From: Heptranchias perlo
Taxonomy: Eukaryota
Assembly (NCBI RefSeq): GCF_035084215.1
Contig: NC_090334.1
Coordinates: 70,990,001-71,054,000, forward strand
DNA length: 64,000 nucleotides
Reading direction: 5' to 3'
Part shown: piece after piece, positions 1 to 11,391 of the stretch
How the letters are laid out: each line of letters starts with the position of its first letter
Numbering within the stretch: position 1 is the first letter of the stretch
Made by a program: the position numbers and the translations under genes
The notes under the pieces: model-generated
The model's database searches: none
Seen by the model: only the letters and a program-made list of their open reading frames with translations
What the model was told of the DNA's origin: nothing

Positions 1-950
1 GAGTCGTCTTGTTTTAATCCATCAGATTCATTGCAGACGTGCTCAGACGATGGGCCCCCATGGAGTGTGTCTGCTGGCCAGCACCAAGCTTTGTATCATT
101 TGTCTTTTTAGAAGCAGATTGAGATAAATTTGTTTTAATTTCCAGCTCGTCGATGCTGAGTTCTACTGTAAATAGAATCTGCTTTAACATAGCTTGATTG
201 TTGCAGCACTGAGCACTGGCGAGTGGACATAGTCTGCAGGGGTTTTCTATCCAATATCATGGGTGAGATTTAACACATGGAGGCATTGATGTTCATTGAA
301 ACATAGCTAATCCCATCGTTGTTCCCCTTCCTGATCTGGAGTTCCATGTGTCACCATTGGTCATTCCAGAGTATTAATAAAATCAACCTGCACAATATGG
401 TATTGTGAATTTCAGAAATGGTGGGGTGAGGGTTTCGTGATACAGGGCCGATGCAAAGACCTATTTTGGCTGCGACACCAGCAGCGTAGCTCCGTTAGTT
501 ATACCGATGGACAGTTAGTAGGGAGGTGATCTTGGAGACTGTATAAAGGAAAAAAATAATTAAACTAGAACCAGCACTTTGCTTACACAATGTACCGATC
601 ATGTGTTGTCCACTTCAATGTAAATGTTCTCACTCTATCACTAGTATTGCCAGACTGGGATGGTTTTAATATTGTACCATGTAAATAGTCCAGCTCAACA
701 GTGCTTAGCTGTGAACTGAATGTTATTTATTTGTAAAAGACTGGTACAGATACTTTTATATTTTGAGCGCTGTTTGCAATGCTTGATGGTATGGATACTC
801 TTGATTTTTTTGGAATATTTATACTGTTTATGATTAAAAGTGAATGAATGTGATGTAGTCATTTCTTTTTTTCGTTTTTGGAATCTTTTTAGAAATGCAG
901 CTATGTAACAGAAGAAAATATTAAACATTTTATCTATTTATATAAAAGTT
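1..950 (+). other. Probable distal 3' UTR of an upstream host gene (gene not identifiable)
   Basis: Unique, repeat-free, U-rich sequence. Pumilio-type TGTAAATA at 167-174 and 680-687, ARE nonamer TTATTTATT at 723-731, AATAAA at ~376 and a TATAAA variant at ~941. UTR status is inferred from composition. Confidence 0.4.
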
Positions 951-2796
951 TTGAGAGCATCCACCATGCTCCAGATGTCACACTTTGTTCAGCTGTGATT
1001 TATTGGTATTTTATACGATCTTAAAGCGTACAACAAAAGCCATTTATCTTCTATTTTTTTCTGCTTTTGAGATAATCAGGAATGGAGCCAAACAACTGTT
1101 AATATAGAGAAGCTTTTGACGACAGTAATTAACCTCAGGACCTATTTATACCACTTATCCCATAAGGAGTATGTGACCGGTGGGCTAAATTAACTGCCAA
1201 ACACTACAAGTGTGCTCTCAACCCTAGACAAGCGATAAGCAACACTATAGGATATCGGCTACTTTGATTAAAAGAAAAAAAATGTACAGGAAGATGAATA
1301 TCTGCTTCACAACCAAGTTACATTTTTTGTTCCATTAACATTTGTGGCTAACAATATTGGCTATCAGCAGGAGACAGTGTTGAATTCCAGGATAATGGAG
1401 CCCATGGCACCAACATCCTCTTAGCCAGCCAAATCTGAGACTTAACCATCCTCTCTCATCCCTTTATTATGTTATTGGCCTCCCCCTCTGCCTTAAGGAT
1501 AAGTGGTAATTAATTTTCTCACTATACTGATGCAAGGGGAAAGGGCAATGTTTGGGACTATATTGTTATTGCCATTGAAGACAATGTTGGTTAAGTCCGT
1601 GCTTTATAGGACTTGTGTGCAAACAGTTCTGCTTTGTGGTTCAGAACTCCTGGGTATTAAAAAAAAAAGTGCTTCCTCTAATTCAAGCACAAGATCCACA
1701 CCCGAACTGTGAGGTGTGAAAAAGGAGAAGCAGCTCGAGGCAGACAGGGCTCTGCTCACACCAACTTGTCTGCGTACCAAGGAGGGGGGGGGTCAGCTTC
1801 ATGGCCAGAATGCGGAAAGGATTTGGACCAAGTTTTGGGTGATGAGCAAGCCTGTTACGCACCATTGGACTTAGACATTTAGAACATTAAGGTGGCTGAC
1901 CCAAGCTGTCTTGTGTAGGTCCTTCTGCCATGCTGAAGGCAGATGTTCATTGTATAGCTTGTGACAAATGTGAAGCAGTTCTGTTCTGTTTTGGTCAGGT
2001 AGCTGCCCTTTTAAATCAGGCACAATACAAATTTATAAAAAGACCCCTGTAGCCTCAGCCAATTTATTACATATATTGCAAAGTTTATTTAGTCTCTTGG
2101 GTAACAGGCTTCAGAGGCAGTTGAAAATGATTTTCAAATATATACAAACTTCATGACTAGTTTAGTTATGGATATGACAGTGTCTAATTTTTTTGAATGA
2201 GGCTTGCAGTTATGAATTTCTGAGTAACATTGGCTATTAAAAAAATGTCCTGCAAGTGTACTCAAATCAAACTAACTGAGATCCAGGGGTCAATTTTAGG
2301 ATGGCCGAGCGGGTGCATTCGTGGCAGGGGGGGTTTCCTAAAATTGGGGAATCCGGGAGTGGGTCCGGAGCCCGGCTCCAACCCGCCCACTTCCGGGTTC
2401 CCCAATGACGTGAATTGGTGCGCGTGCAGCCCCCGCATGCGGGACTCCCACCGGCAATTAAAGCTGGCGGGATGACAATTTAGATAGTTAGGGAGGTACT
2501 TAAGATCGTTGACAGACCTCATTGGGAAGAGATTTTAGCAGGGATGTGATTTTGGACTCTCCTCAGTGTGGGAAACACTCCCTGTTTTTGCAGACGTGTT
2601 TCAGATATGCAGAGGATTCCTTGACAGTTGCGGGGGGGAATACCTCATTCATTGCAGAAGGGCACTCTATCACCTCAGACAAAGTTTTGCCTGCCACACC
2701 GTTGTCTCCACACAAAATTATTACATGATACCCTAAACTCTGCTGTCCAAACACATTTACCTACTTTGCAGACCCCCTCATACTCTCACCGTCAGG

Positions 2797-2930
2797 ATGG
2801 GTGGGGTTCCATAGCTGCATTCATCACTCCATTGGAGGATGAGCAACATCACCAGCCTCGCCAGGCACGCCGTCCACCTCCGCCACGTGGAGCTACACAA
2901 CACAGTGCTGCACAACAGGCACCTGCACAA
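2797..2930 (+). pseudogene. Putative N-terminal remnant of Harbinger transposase (frameshifted, DDE core deleted)
   Basis: ATG at 2797, then after a frameshift SIAAFITPLEDEQHHQPRQARRPPPPRGATQHSAAQQAPAQ. Position and orientation fit the transposase ORF, but no catalytic residues are present. Confidence 0.45.
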
Positions 2931-3493
2931 AGTAGTCGTGCAACTACACATACACCCACTGTATGGTGACCCAATGGGTGGCATCAAAGGTGTTCATGGA
3001 GAACCTCATGATAGGGCCTTATTGCACAAGCCAGTCAAGAATGGCCAAGATGTGGCAGTAGTGGTGACAATATAATATGTAATGTGAGTTGATCAGAAAT
3101 CAAATATAAGTTTAAAAACCATGACAAACCCTCAAATCTTGTGCATCCCCTTCATGCTCATGACACGTTTGCCTTACGCTTCCTACTACACATACGTGAT
3201 GCCTGCTCTGTGGCTGCAGCACAGTTAGTGGCAGGTTGGGTGAGGCTGACCGTGAGAGAGATGCATGAGAGGGTGAGTATGAGACAGAGCCATGAGATTG
3301 TATGAGGATCAGGTTGAGTGGTAGTGCTGGGATGAGTACCGGGGAGGTGAGGAAGTGCAGGTAAGGTAAGGATAAGGGTTCAGTGGGTGTGAGGAGTGAT
3401 GTGATAGAGTAGTGTTGGCAGTGCAGAAGGAGATGTGGGGTGGGGGCAGTGATGTGGCAGAAGGAGTGTAGGGGAATGAGTAAGAGTACTCAC

Positions 3494-3748
3494 TTCGGCT
3501 GACCTACTTAGGTCATTGAAGCGCCTCCTGCACAGTATGCAGGTGCGTGATATGTTGGTGGTGCTGGTGACCTCCTCTGCCTCCTCGAGCCAAGCCTTCG
3601 TGGTGGCAGAGGCAGGCCACTACCTCCCATCCGCCAGGTGGAAGATCTCCCTCCTCCTCCTCCTCCTCCTCCTCCTCACCCCATCCAGTAAGACCTGGAG
3701 TGAGGCATCAATAAACCTGAGTGCAACCTTCCCCCTGGGTTGCTCCAT
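3494..3748 (-). pseudogene. Harbinger Myb/SANT (trihelix, NAIF1/MSANTD-like) DNA-binding protein exon 1, one in-frame stop
   Basis: Manual translation MEQPRGKVALRFIDASLQVLLDGV(R)9EIFHLADGR*WPASATTKAWLEEAEEVTSTTNISRTCILCRRRFNDLSRSAE, followed by donor GTGAGTA. RF..LL.GV, AW, RT...C.RRFNDL pattern matches trihelix domains. TAG at 3620-3622. Confidence 0.8.
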
Positions 3749-4026
3749 GCTGTAATTTTGCCTATTTTCTGCAGCATCAGTCAGTGGAGAACTGCCCCTT
3801 TTAAATAGGGCTCCTGTGATGCGGGTGCGCAGTCCGCCCGCTGCGCAGCGCGAAACCCGGAAGCCAAGGTAAGTGGCTTCAATTTACTTACGATCGCGTG
3901 CCAAACCCACCGATTTGCGCCCAGTCAACCCCCCGCTGCCAACCTGCCTCCCCCCTAATATCGGGCCCCTAGTCTCTCGCAGGAGGAGTATATAAGTGTG
4001 TATGTAAGTTGTTTTTGGTGATACAG

Positions 4027-4240
4027 GTTGTTATGATCTGGAATGCACTGCCTGAAAGGGTGGTGGAAGCAGATTCAGTAGTAACTTTCAAAAGGGAATC
4101 GGATATATACTTGAAAAGGAAAAATTTGCAGGGCAATGGGGAAAGAGCAGGGGAGTGGGACTAATTGGATAGCTCTTTCAAAGAGCCAGATAGGTACAAT
4201 GGACCGAATGGCCTCCTGTACTGTAAGATGATTCTATGAT
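4027..4240 (+). mobile_element. CR1 LINE 3' end fragment
   Basis: Encodes VVMIWNALPERVVEADS, followed by the CR1 3' UTR (GGACCGAATGGCCTCC) and a GATTCTAT tail. Confidence 0.85.
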
Positions 4241-5267
4241 AGGTTAGCATTTAGAATCATGACTTTTTATTACTTTCCCCTTTGAGGAGATCAATGATAG
4301 AATTTCTACTATATATTATAAACCTACATGTTTGCTTGTTCATTGTTTATTTTAAGTTGCTTAATATCTTAAACCATAACGAAGTCTGATGGGATGTTCT
4401 ATCATTTATCGAAGACTCAAGATACATTTTGTGGAGGCTTATCAATAATTCAAGTAGCTTAAAAATAATTGTCAGACCAGGGTTTTCTGTTGGTTGTCCC
4501 AGGCACATCACAGGATATTTAACCTAGATAGTAAGGCTAGTGAAGACTCTCTTGAATGTGCAGGGAGTTTGGAATCACCTAGGAGAGTGATTTTAAAATA
4601 CGAAAGCTGAAAAGTCTAGAGAAAAGAAGGATTGAAAAGACCCAAAAATGTAACGTAGCCGATGAAGCTCGGAGACTTGGCAAGGCATTAGCTGGAGGCA
4701 GAGCATATGCATATCTAGAGCGCTGCTTACCTTTTAGTATCTACTATCCAACTAGCAAGGACTCAAACCCATTCTCAACAGTTGTTTCATGTCCAACCAA
4801 TGACGATCCTCCAGTACTGCCCTATCCCAAAGCATTGGATTTGCAAACTGCACCTAAGGTCTCCACATTTGCGTAAGTGGGTTGTGTCCCAATGGGAAAG
4901 AGTCTTGTAGGAGAAATGCCCTAAGAATTGCTGTAAATGTACTCTCAAAACGTGGTCAGTTGTTAGATGAAATTCTAGGAAAGGGCAAATACTAATTAAA
5001 CTATGATGGATTATACAAACAAAACATTCCTTACCAGGGATGGGCAACAAGCCATCAAGATCATAAGCCCAGAGACAGTTGGTTAAGGGGAACATAAAGA
5101 TATCCTGCCTTATCTAGACCTGTGTGTGTGACCTATTTGTTATCAAAAACCCGAGAAGCTATTATTTATTTAGTCAATTAACCCTTTCTCCTAATTATTT
5201 GCACGCTCAATGTTTAATGCTGCTAACTATGATTCTAAGATTAATAAATGAAAGAAATGTATCTATG

Positions 5268-5490
5268 CAGCAAGTTGTTATGATGATCTGGAATGCACTG
5301 CCTGAAAGGGTGGTGGAAGCAGATTCAGTGTTAACTTTCAAAAGGGAATTGAATATATACTTTTAAATGGAAAAATGTGCAGGGCTATGGGGAAAGAGCG
5401 GGGGAGTGGGATGAATTGGATAGCTCTTTCAAAGAACCGGCAGAGGCATGGTGGGCCGAATGGCCTCCTCCTGTGCTGTATGATTCTATC
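5268..5490 (+). mobile_element. CR1 LINE 3' end fragment
   Basis: Same subfamily as 4027-4240 (IWNALPERVVEADS; GGGCCGAATGGCCTCC; GATTCTAT). Confidence 0.85.
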
Positions 5491-6149
5491 TATAATAAAC
5501 AATTGTTAATTCATGGTTTTGTTGTCTGACATCTTTGATAATTGGTAAGAATGAGTTAATTCATTCACTCAGTAGCTTGTGTAGATCCAGATGGGAGGTT
5601 GGCAGTGTAAATGCTAACATAAGTTAGGTGAGCCAAATATAGGCATCATTAACTCCGAGGCACAGACTAGGTAGTAAACCCCAGACGATTCCGTGACAAG
5701 GAGTTAAGCTGAAGGGTTAAGAATTCGTCTGGTGTCCTTGATGAATATTCTTGTCAGGGTATTAAATTGGACAAAAGAAATTCTATATGTGTAGATTTGA
5801 GAGTAACCAGTGAACCATTGAAAATTCCCTCTTCAGAATCTTTGGGCAAATAGAGCAACATTGACTCATTAGAATCATAGAACCTCACTGCACAGAAGGA
5901 GGCTATTCGACCCATCGTGCCTGTGCTGGGAGACTTGATCTATTAAACAATTGTCCATCTGTAGTTCTACTTCAGAAGTTGGATTGGCTGGCTAAGGATT
6001 GTCGAATGCAGCACAGTTCCTCTCTGAACTGACAACACATGGTTCTACTACTGTGAAGAATGGAGTATGCAGTGAAGATTCTCTATTCACACTTGGCATC
6101 TATAAAATGTGGCATTCTAAAGGCATGCAAAGCAAATGGAGATTTGTTT

Positions 6150-6412
6150 AAAAACAGAAAATGCTGGAAACACAACAAGTCAGGCAGCATCTGTGGAGAG
6201 AGAAAAACAGAGTTAATATTTCAGGTCGATGAACTTTCATCAGAACTGGAAGAAGTCAGAAATTAAACAGTTTATAAGCAAATACTTACGAAAGGTCATC
6301 GACCTGAAAGGTTAACTTTGTTTCTCTCTCCACAGATGCAGCCTGACCTGCCGAGCGTTTTCAGCATTTTCTGTTTTATTTGAGATTTCCAGCATCCGCA
6401 GTATTTTGCTTT
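6150..6412. mobile_element. Fold-back non-autonomous element made of Penelope-type terminal repeats with decayed hammerhead motifs
   Basis: ~90-bp inverted arms (AAAACAGAAAATGCTGGAAA...TCAGGTCGATGAACTTT versus AAAGGTCATCGACCTGAAAGG...CAGCATTTTCTGTTTT). The minus strand of the left arm reads CTGATGA-stem-GAAA. Confidence 0.7.
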
Positions 6413-7865
6413 TGTGAGGAGATTTGTTTATGGTTGGGATAATCACTTTACAGCTATAAATTCTGACAGTTTTGTTTAGAATGTAGTGCAAATATAGTTC
6501 CATCAGAGTTCATTTGGCACCATTGCAAACATTCACCCCTTTCTGTATGTCTAGTGTTGTAGTTTATGAAGGAGAATTACAATATCCAGTCCTTTGGTCG
6601 ATCCTTAACATCATAATGCAATCTTAGCCTTGTTATGCACAATTCAATATAAACTCCTTTTGAACCTTTGCTAAACCATAGAAAAGATACGGTACAGAAG
6701 GGGGCTATTCGGCACATGTCCGCGCCGGCTTGAAGAACAACCAGGTGTCCATTCTAATCCCACCTTCCAGCACCCGGTCCGTAGCCAAGGAGAAGGAAAA
6801 CCTAGGGAATCTCTTTCAGTGGCATTTCTGTCTTTTAGCAAATCAGATCAGATCAGATCCACCATCTTATTGGGTCAGACTTAAAGCAATCTTTGCTGTG
6901 ATTTACTAAGAGATAATGGAATTGTATTATTCCTGCCACTTTATTCCTCAGAGATTGAATGTAGAGTTCTTCAGAGCTCTGTTATACTATTCCAATAGAA
7001 CTGAATAATTTTATGGTGCTAGACAACTTAAATTCCAGAGCTCACCTAAAAATGTATCTGATATAATAAACTGGTAGGTACAAAAGCTGGCAATAAAAGA
7101 GAAAAACTCATTCCACTTCACTTACAGCCACCTCATTGGCAATCATCAAAAACGTTGTGATAGATTCAATTTGGAAGCTGGCCATGTGTAGCAATCCAGA
7201 TGCCTTTGCTAAACGCTATTAATTGGATTAATCTTTTAAGGAAAATGCTGTTTTGGCCCATCTGTTTTTCACAACCTTTTGGCCATAATCCTAACATGAG
7301 GAGGATAAACGAATTTAAGAAAGTAATTTGCTGTTGTTATTGTCCTCTTCATTCTGTGCATTCAGTTTATCCTACACATATCTCATATGACAGCCCTCAC
7401 TCAGTAAAGACCATTCAGCCCCTCACGCCTGCTGGAATCAGAATCTAGGTGTGATTCTGTCATGGACTTTTATCCTCCTCTTCCTCTTGTGGAAGATCAT
7501 ATGGCTCTTCTGAGAGTACAGCAGGCCTAAACTCTTAATTGGTGACGTCAATGATTTTCCATTGATGTTGGGCCCAATCTAATGAAGAAGACCATATGGA
7601 GGGTTCGTAATTTTACTTTAGCTTCTTTCGGTAAGTCTTCCTCATTTTTTGATTGCAGTTTATTCTCCATAAATATAGTTCCTACTCTTCCGGCCCCTCT
7701 TCTCCTTCCTTGGATTTGGAGCTCTAAATGATTCCAGGTTGTATAGGTACAATCACCTCTGCAAAGTGGCTTTGTGAATAAGAACTGAAGATTGCTGTAG
7801 TACTTCAATCACAGAATGAGGAAGTCTTTGCTGAAGACAGGTAATCTAACTTATTTCCATAAGAA

Positions 7866-8035
7866 GGTTCACTGATGTGCTTCAGCAAAGGGAGCCTGCC
7901 ACCCCTACACTCTCAGGTCCACATGTGACTCCAGTCCCACACTATGTGATTGACTCTTAATACACTCAGGGCAACCCAGAATGGTCAATAAATACTCGCT
8001 TGCCAGTGTGTCACCCACATCCTAAGAACAAATTT
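7866..8035 (+). mobile_element. Old SINE-like internal-deletion derivative of LINE family B (5' UTR body joined to 3' tail)
   Basis: GGTTCACTGATGTGC...ACATGTGACTCCAG...GACTCTTAA matches the 5' UTR of 46873-50108 and 41256-41630. It is joined at ~7965 to CAGGGCAAC...CAATAAAT...TTGCCAG...CCCACATCC, which matches the family B 3' tail. Confidence 0.7.
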
Positions 8036-8367
8036 TTTAAAATGACTTTAGATTAATGGAAGCTTATGTCTCCTGCCTTAAAGTCACTTGATATATGTGT
8101 GAACACTGACTAATGCTTTCATTAAATTCTTAGAAGCATCTTCTTTAGCATTCAACTACTAAAGTCAGTGGGCCTTCGAATAACTGAAGCACAGAGCGCA
8201 TTGTGAAGAGAGTGAATCATGAACCGAATAGATTCGGTTGAACTTGAGAATTTGGTGAGAGGGAGAATTAGGTGTTGAGGGGGAAAGAGGTGCTAAATTT
8301 GAAAAAAAAAGCAAAGAAAACCCCAAAACAGACTAAAAAGTAATTATAAATAAATATAGATTAAGAT

Positions 8368-8622
8368 ATGGCAGAGCAGGTTGTGTGTCTGGACTGCAGT
8401 ATGTGGGAGCTGTGGACAGCGAGAATGTCCTGAGTGAACACATCTTCAGTAGATGTCTCTACCTTGAATCTCTCCAGCTCAGAGTCACTGAGCTGGAGTG
8501 CCAGTTGGAGACACTAACACATAAGGGAGGGGGAGGAGTATCTGGACCATTTGCTGCAGACCTCAGTCACACCTCATAGAGAGGTACGGGATCAGAATGG
8601 GGTTGGTGTGACCAATAGTGTA
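8368..8622 (+). pseudogene. CR1 ORF1 N-terminal zinc-finger/coiled-coil part
   Basis: MAEQVVCLDCSMWEL, then after a frameshift HIFSRCLYLESLQLRVTELECQLETL. Confidence 0.7.
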
Positions 8623-11390
8623 CAAAGTGACAGGCAGGAAGGAAGGGGAGGTGGGGTGGCTATTTTAATAAAGGACGGAATCACTGTAATACAGAGAAAT
8701 GATATTGGGACAAAGGATCAGAATAATGAAACAGTTTGGGTAGAGATAAGGAATAATAAGGGGAAAAAAACACTTGTGGGCGTAGTATATAGGCCTTCGA
8801 ATAGTTGCAACTCTGCTGGAAGAAGTATTAATCAGGAAATAGTCGGGGCATGTAATAAGGGAACAGCTACAATTATGGGGGATTTTAACTATCATATTAA
8901 CTGAACAAATCAAATTGGGCAGGGCAGCCTTGAGGAAGAGTTTATTGAGTGTATTAGGGATGGATTTCTTGAGCAGTATGTAACTGATCCTACAAGGGGG
9001 CAAGCAACCTTGGACCTGGTCCTGTGTAATGAGCCAGGATTAATTTATAATGTCCTAGTTAAGGATCCCCTTGGAATGAGTGACCATAACATGGTTACAT
9101 TCCATATCCAATTAGTGGGTGAGAAGGTTGGTTCTCAAACAAGCGTACTGAGCTTGAATAAAGGAGACTATGATGGTATGAGAGCGGAATTGATTAAAGT
9201 GGACTGGGAAAATAGATTAAAGGGTAAGACTGTACATGAGCAGTGGTGTTCATTCAAGGAGTTATTTTACAACTTTCAAAAAATATATATTCCACTGAGG
9301 AAAAAAGGGTGTAAAAGAAATGACAGCCATCCGTGGCTAAGTAAAGAAATTAAGGATAGTATCCGACTAAAAACAAGGACATATAAGGTAGCCAAACTGA
9401 GTGGGAGGAGAGAAGATTGGGAAGTCTTCAAAAGACAGCAAAAAGTAACTAAAGGATTGATTAAGAAAGGGAAGATGGATTATGAAAATAAATTAGCAAA
9501 AAATATAAAAACAGATAGCAAGAGTTTCTACAGTTATATAAAAAGAAAAAGGGTGGCTAAGGCAAACGTAGGTCCCTTAGAGGATGAGACCGGGAAATTA
9601 ATGGTGGGAAACATGGAGATGGCAAAAATGCTGAACAAATATTTTGTTTCAGTCTTTACGGTAGAGGACACTAAGAATATCCCAACACTGAACAAACAGG
9701 AGGCTCTAGGGGGGGAGGAGCTAAATATGATTAAAATCACTAAGGAATTGGTACTCAGTAAATTAATGGGACTCAAGGCGGATAAATCCCCTGGACCTGA
9801 TGGCTTACATCCTAGGGTCTTGAGGGAAGTGGCAGTAGGGATTGTGGATGCTTTGGTAATAATTTTCCAAAATTCTCTGGACTCGGCAAAGGTCCCGGCA
9901 GATTGGAAAACTGCTATTGTAACACCCTTATTTAAAAAGGGTAGTAGGCAGAAGGCTGGAAATTATAGACCAGTTAGCCTAACATCTGTGGTGGGTAAAA
10001 TTTTGGAGTCTATTATTAAGGAGACAGTAGCAGAACATTTGGATAAACATAATTTAATAGGACAAAGTCAGTATGGCTTTACGAAAGGAAAGTCATGTCT
10101 GACAAATTTGCTTGAGTTCTTTGAGGACATAACGTACAGGGTGGATAAAGGGGAACCAGTGGACGTAGTGTATTTAGACTTCCAAAAGGCATTCGACAAG
10201 GTGCCACATAAAAGATTATTGCTCAAGATAAAGAATCACTGGATTGGGGGTAATATTCTGGCATGGGTGGAGGATTGGTTAACTAACAGGAAGCAGAGAG
10301 TTGGGATAAATGATTCATTCTCGGACTGGCAACCAGTAGCCAGTGGTGTTCCGCAGGGGTCGGTGCTGGGTCCCCAACTCTTTACAATCTATATTAATGA
10401 TTTGGAGGAGGGGACCGAGTGTAACGTATCAAAGTTTGCAGATGATACAATGATGGGAGAGAAAGTGGAGAGTGAGGAGGACATAAAAAACCTACAGGGG
10501 GATTTAGACAGGCTGGGTGAGTGGGCGGAGATTTGGCAGATGCAATACAATATTGGAAAATGTGAGGTTATGCACTTTGGCAGGAAAAATCAGAGAGCAA
10601 GTTATTATCTTAATGGCAAGAAACTGGAAAGTACTGCAGTACAAAGGGATCTGTGGGTCCTGGTGCAAGAAAATCAAAAAGTTAGAATGAAGGTGCAGCA
10701 GGTGATCAAGAAGGCCAACGGAATGTTGGCTTTTATTGCTAGGGGGATAGAATATAAAAACAGGGAGGTATTGCTGCAGTTATATAAGGTATTGGTGAGA
10801 CCACACCTGGAATACTGCATACAGTTTTGGTGTCCATACTTAAGAAAAGACATACTTGCTCTCGAGGCAGTACAAAGAAGGTTCACTCGGTTAATCCCGG
10901 GGATGAGGGGGTGGACATATGAGGAGAGGTTGAATCGATTGGGACTCTACTCATTGGAGTTCAGAAGAATGAGAGGCGATCTTATTGAAACATATAAGAT
11001 TGTGAAGGGGCTTGATTGGGTGGATGCGGTGAGGATGTTCCCAAGGGTGGGTGAAACTAGAACTAGGGGGCATAATCTTAGAATAAGGGCCTGCTCTTTC
11101 AAAACTGAGATGAGGAGAAACTTCTTCACTCAGAGGGTGGTAGGTCTGTGGAATTTGCTGCCCCAGGAAGCTGTGGAAGCTACATCATTAAATAAATTTA
11201 AAACAGAAATCGACAGTTTCCTAGAAGTAAAGGGAATTCGGGGTTACGGGAAGCGGGCAGGAAATTGGACATGAATTTAGATTTGAGGTTAGGATCAGAT
11301 CAGCCATGATCTTATTGAATGGCGGAGCAGGCTTGAGGGGCCGATTGGCCAAATCCTGCTCCTATTTCTTATGTTCTGATGTTCTTATGT
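8623..11390 (+). mobile_element. Young 5'-truncated CR1 inserted into host CR1 ORF1
   Basis: Begins mid-APE domain (DRQEGRGGGVAILIK) and ends in a (TTCTTATG)n-type tail. TGTA occurs at both junctions (8619-8622, 11388-11391). Confidence 0.9.
9010..11274 (+). CDS. CR1 ORF2 (APE C-terminus plus reverse transcriptase). The frame extends upstream to ~8623 with a single TGA at 8902-8904
   Basis: 754-aa ORF with KSPGPDG, NYRPVSLTS, YLDFQKAFDKVPH, GVPQGSVLGP, SKFADD and RPHLEYC motifs. Confidence 0.92.
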   Translation: MDLVLCNEPGLIYNVLVKDPLGMSDHNMVTFHIQLVGEKVGSQTSVLSLNKGDYDGMRAELIKVDWENRLKGKTVHEQWCSFKELFYNFQKIYIPLRKKGCKRNDSHPWLSKEIKDSIRLKTRTYKVAKLSGRREDWEVFKRQQKVTKGLIKKGKMDYENKLAKNIKTDSKSFYSYIKRKRVAKANVGPLEDETGKLMVGNMEMAKMLNKYFVSVFTVEDTKNIPTLNKQEALGGEELNMIKITKELVLSKLMGLKADKSPGPDGLHPRVLREVAVGIVDALVIIFQNSLDSAKVPADWKTAIVTPLFKKGSRQKAGNYRPVSLTSVVGKILESIIKETVAEHLDKHNLIGQSQYGFTKGKSCLTNLLEFFEDITYRVDKGEPVDVVYLDFQKAFDKVPHKRLLLKIKNHWIGGNILAWVEDWLTNRKQRVGINDSFSDWQPVASGVPQGSVLGPQLFTIYINDLEEGTECNVSKFADDTMMGEKVESEEDIKNLQGDLDRLGEWAEIWQMQYNIGKCEVMHFGRKNQRASYYLNGKKLESTAVQRDLWVLVQENQKVRMKVQQVIKKANGMLAFIARGIEYKNREVLLQLYKVLVRPHLEYCIQFWCPYLRKDILALEAVQRRFTRLIPGMRGWTYEERLNRLGLYSLEFRRMRGDLIETYKIVKGLDWVDAVRMFPRVGETRTRGHNLRIRACSFKTEMRRNFFTQRVVGLWNLLPQEAVEATSLNKFKTEIDSFLEVKGIRGYGKRAGNWT

Positions 11391-11391
11391 A

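Larger units (their letters stand above)
2286..3969. mobile_element. Internally deleted PIF/Harbinger DNA transposon
   Basis: Imperfect TIRs: GGGGTCAATTTTAGG at the left, and the right end reverse-complements to GGGGCCCGATATTAGG. GC-rich subterminal regions. A minus-strand Myb/SANT exon converges on a putative + strand transposase start, the two-gene layout of Harbingers. Confidence 0.8.

Noticed and set aside
3494-3748. Domesticated host gene NAIF1/MSANTD
   Set aside because: Has an in-frame stop and lies within TIRs of a deleted transposon.
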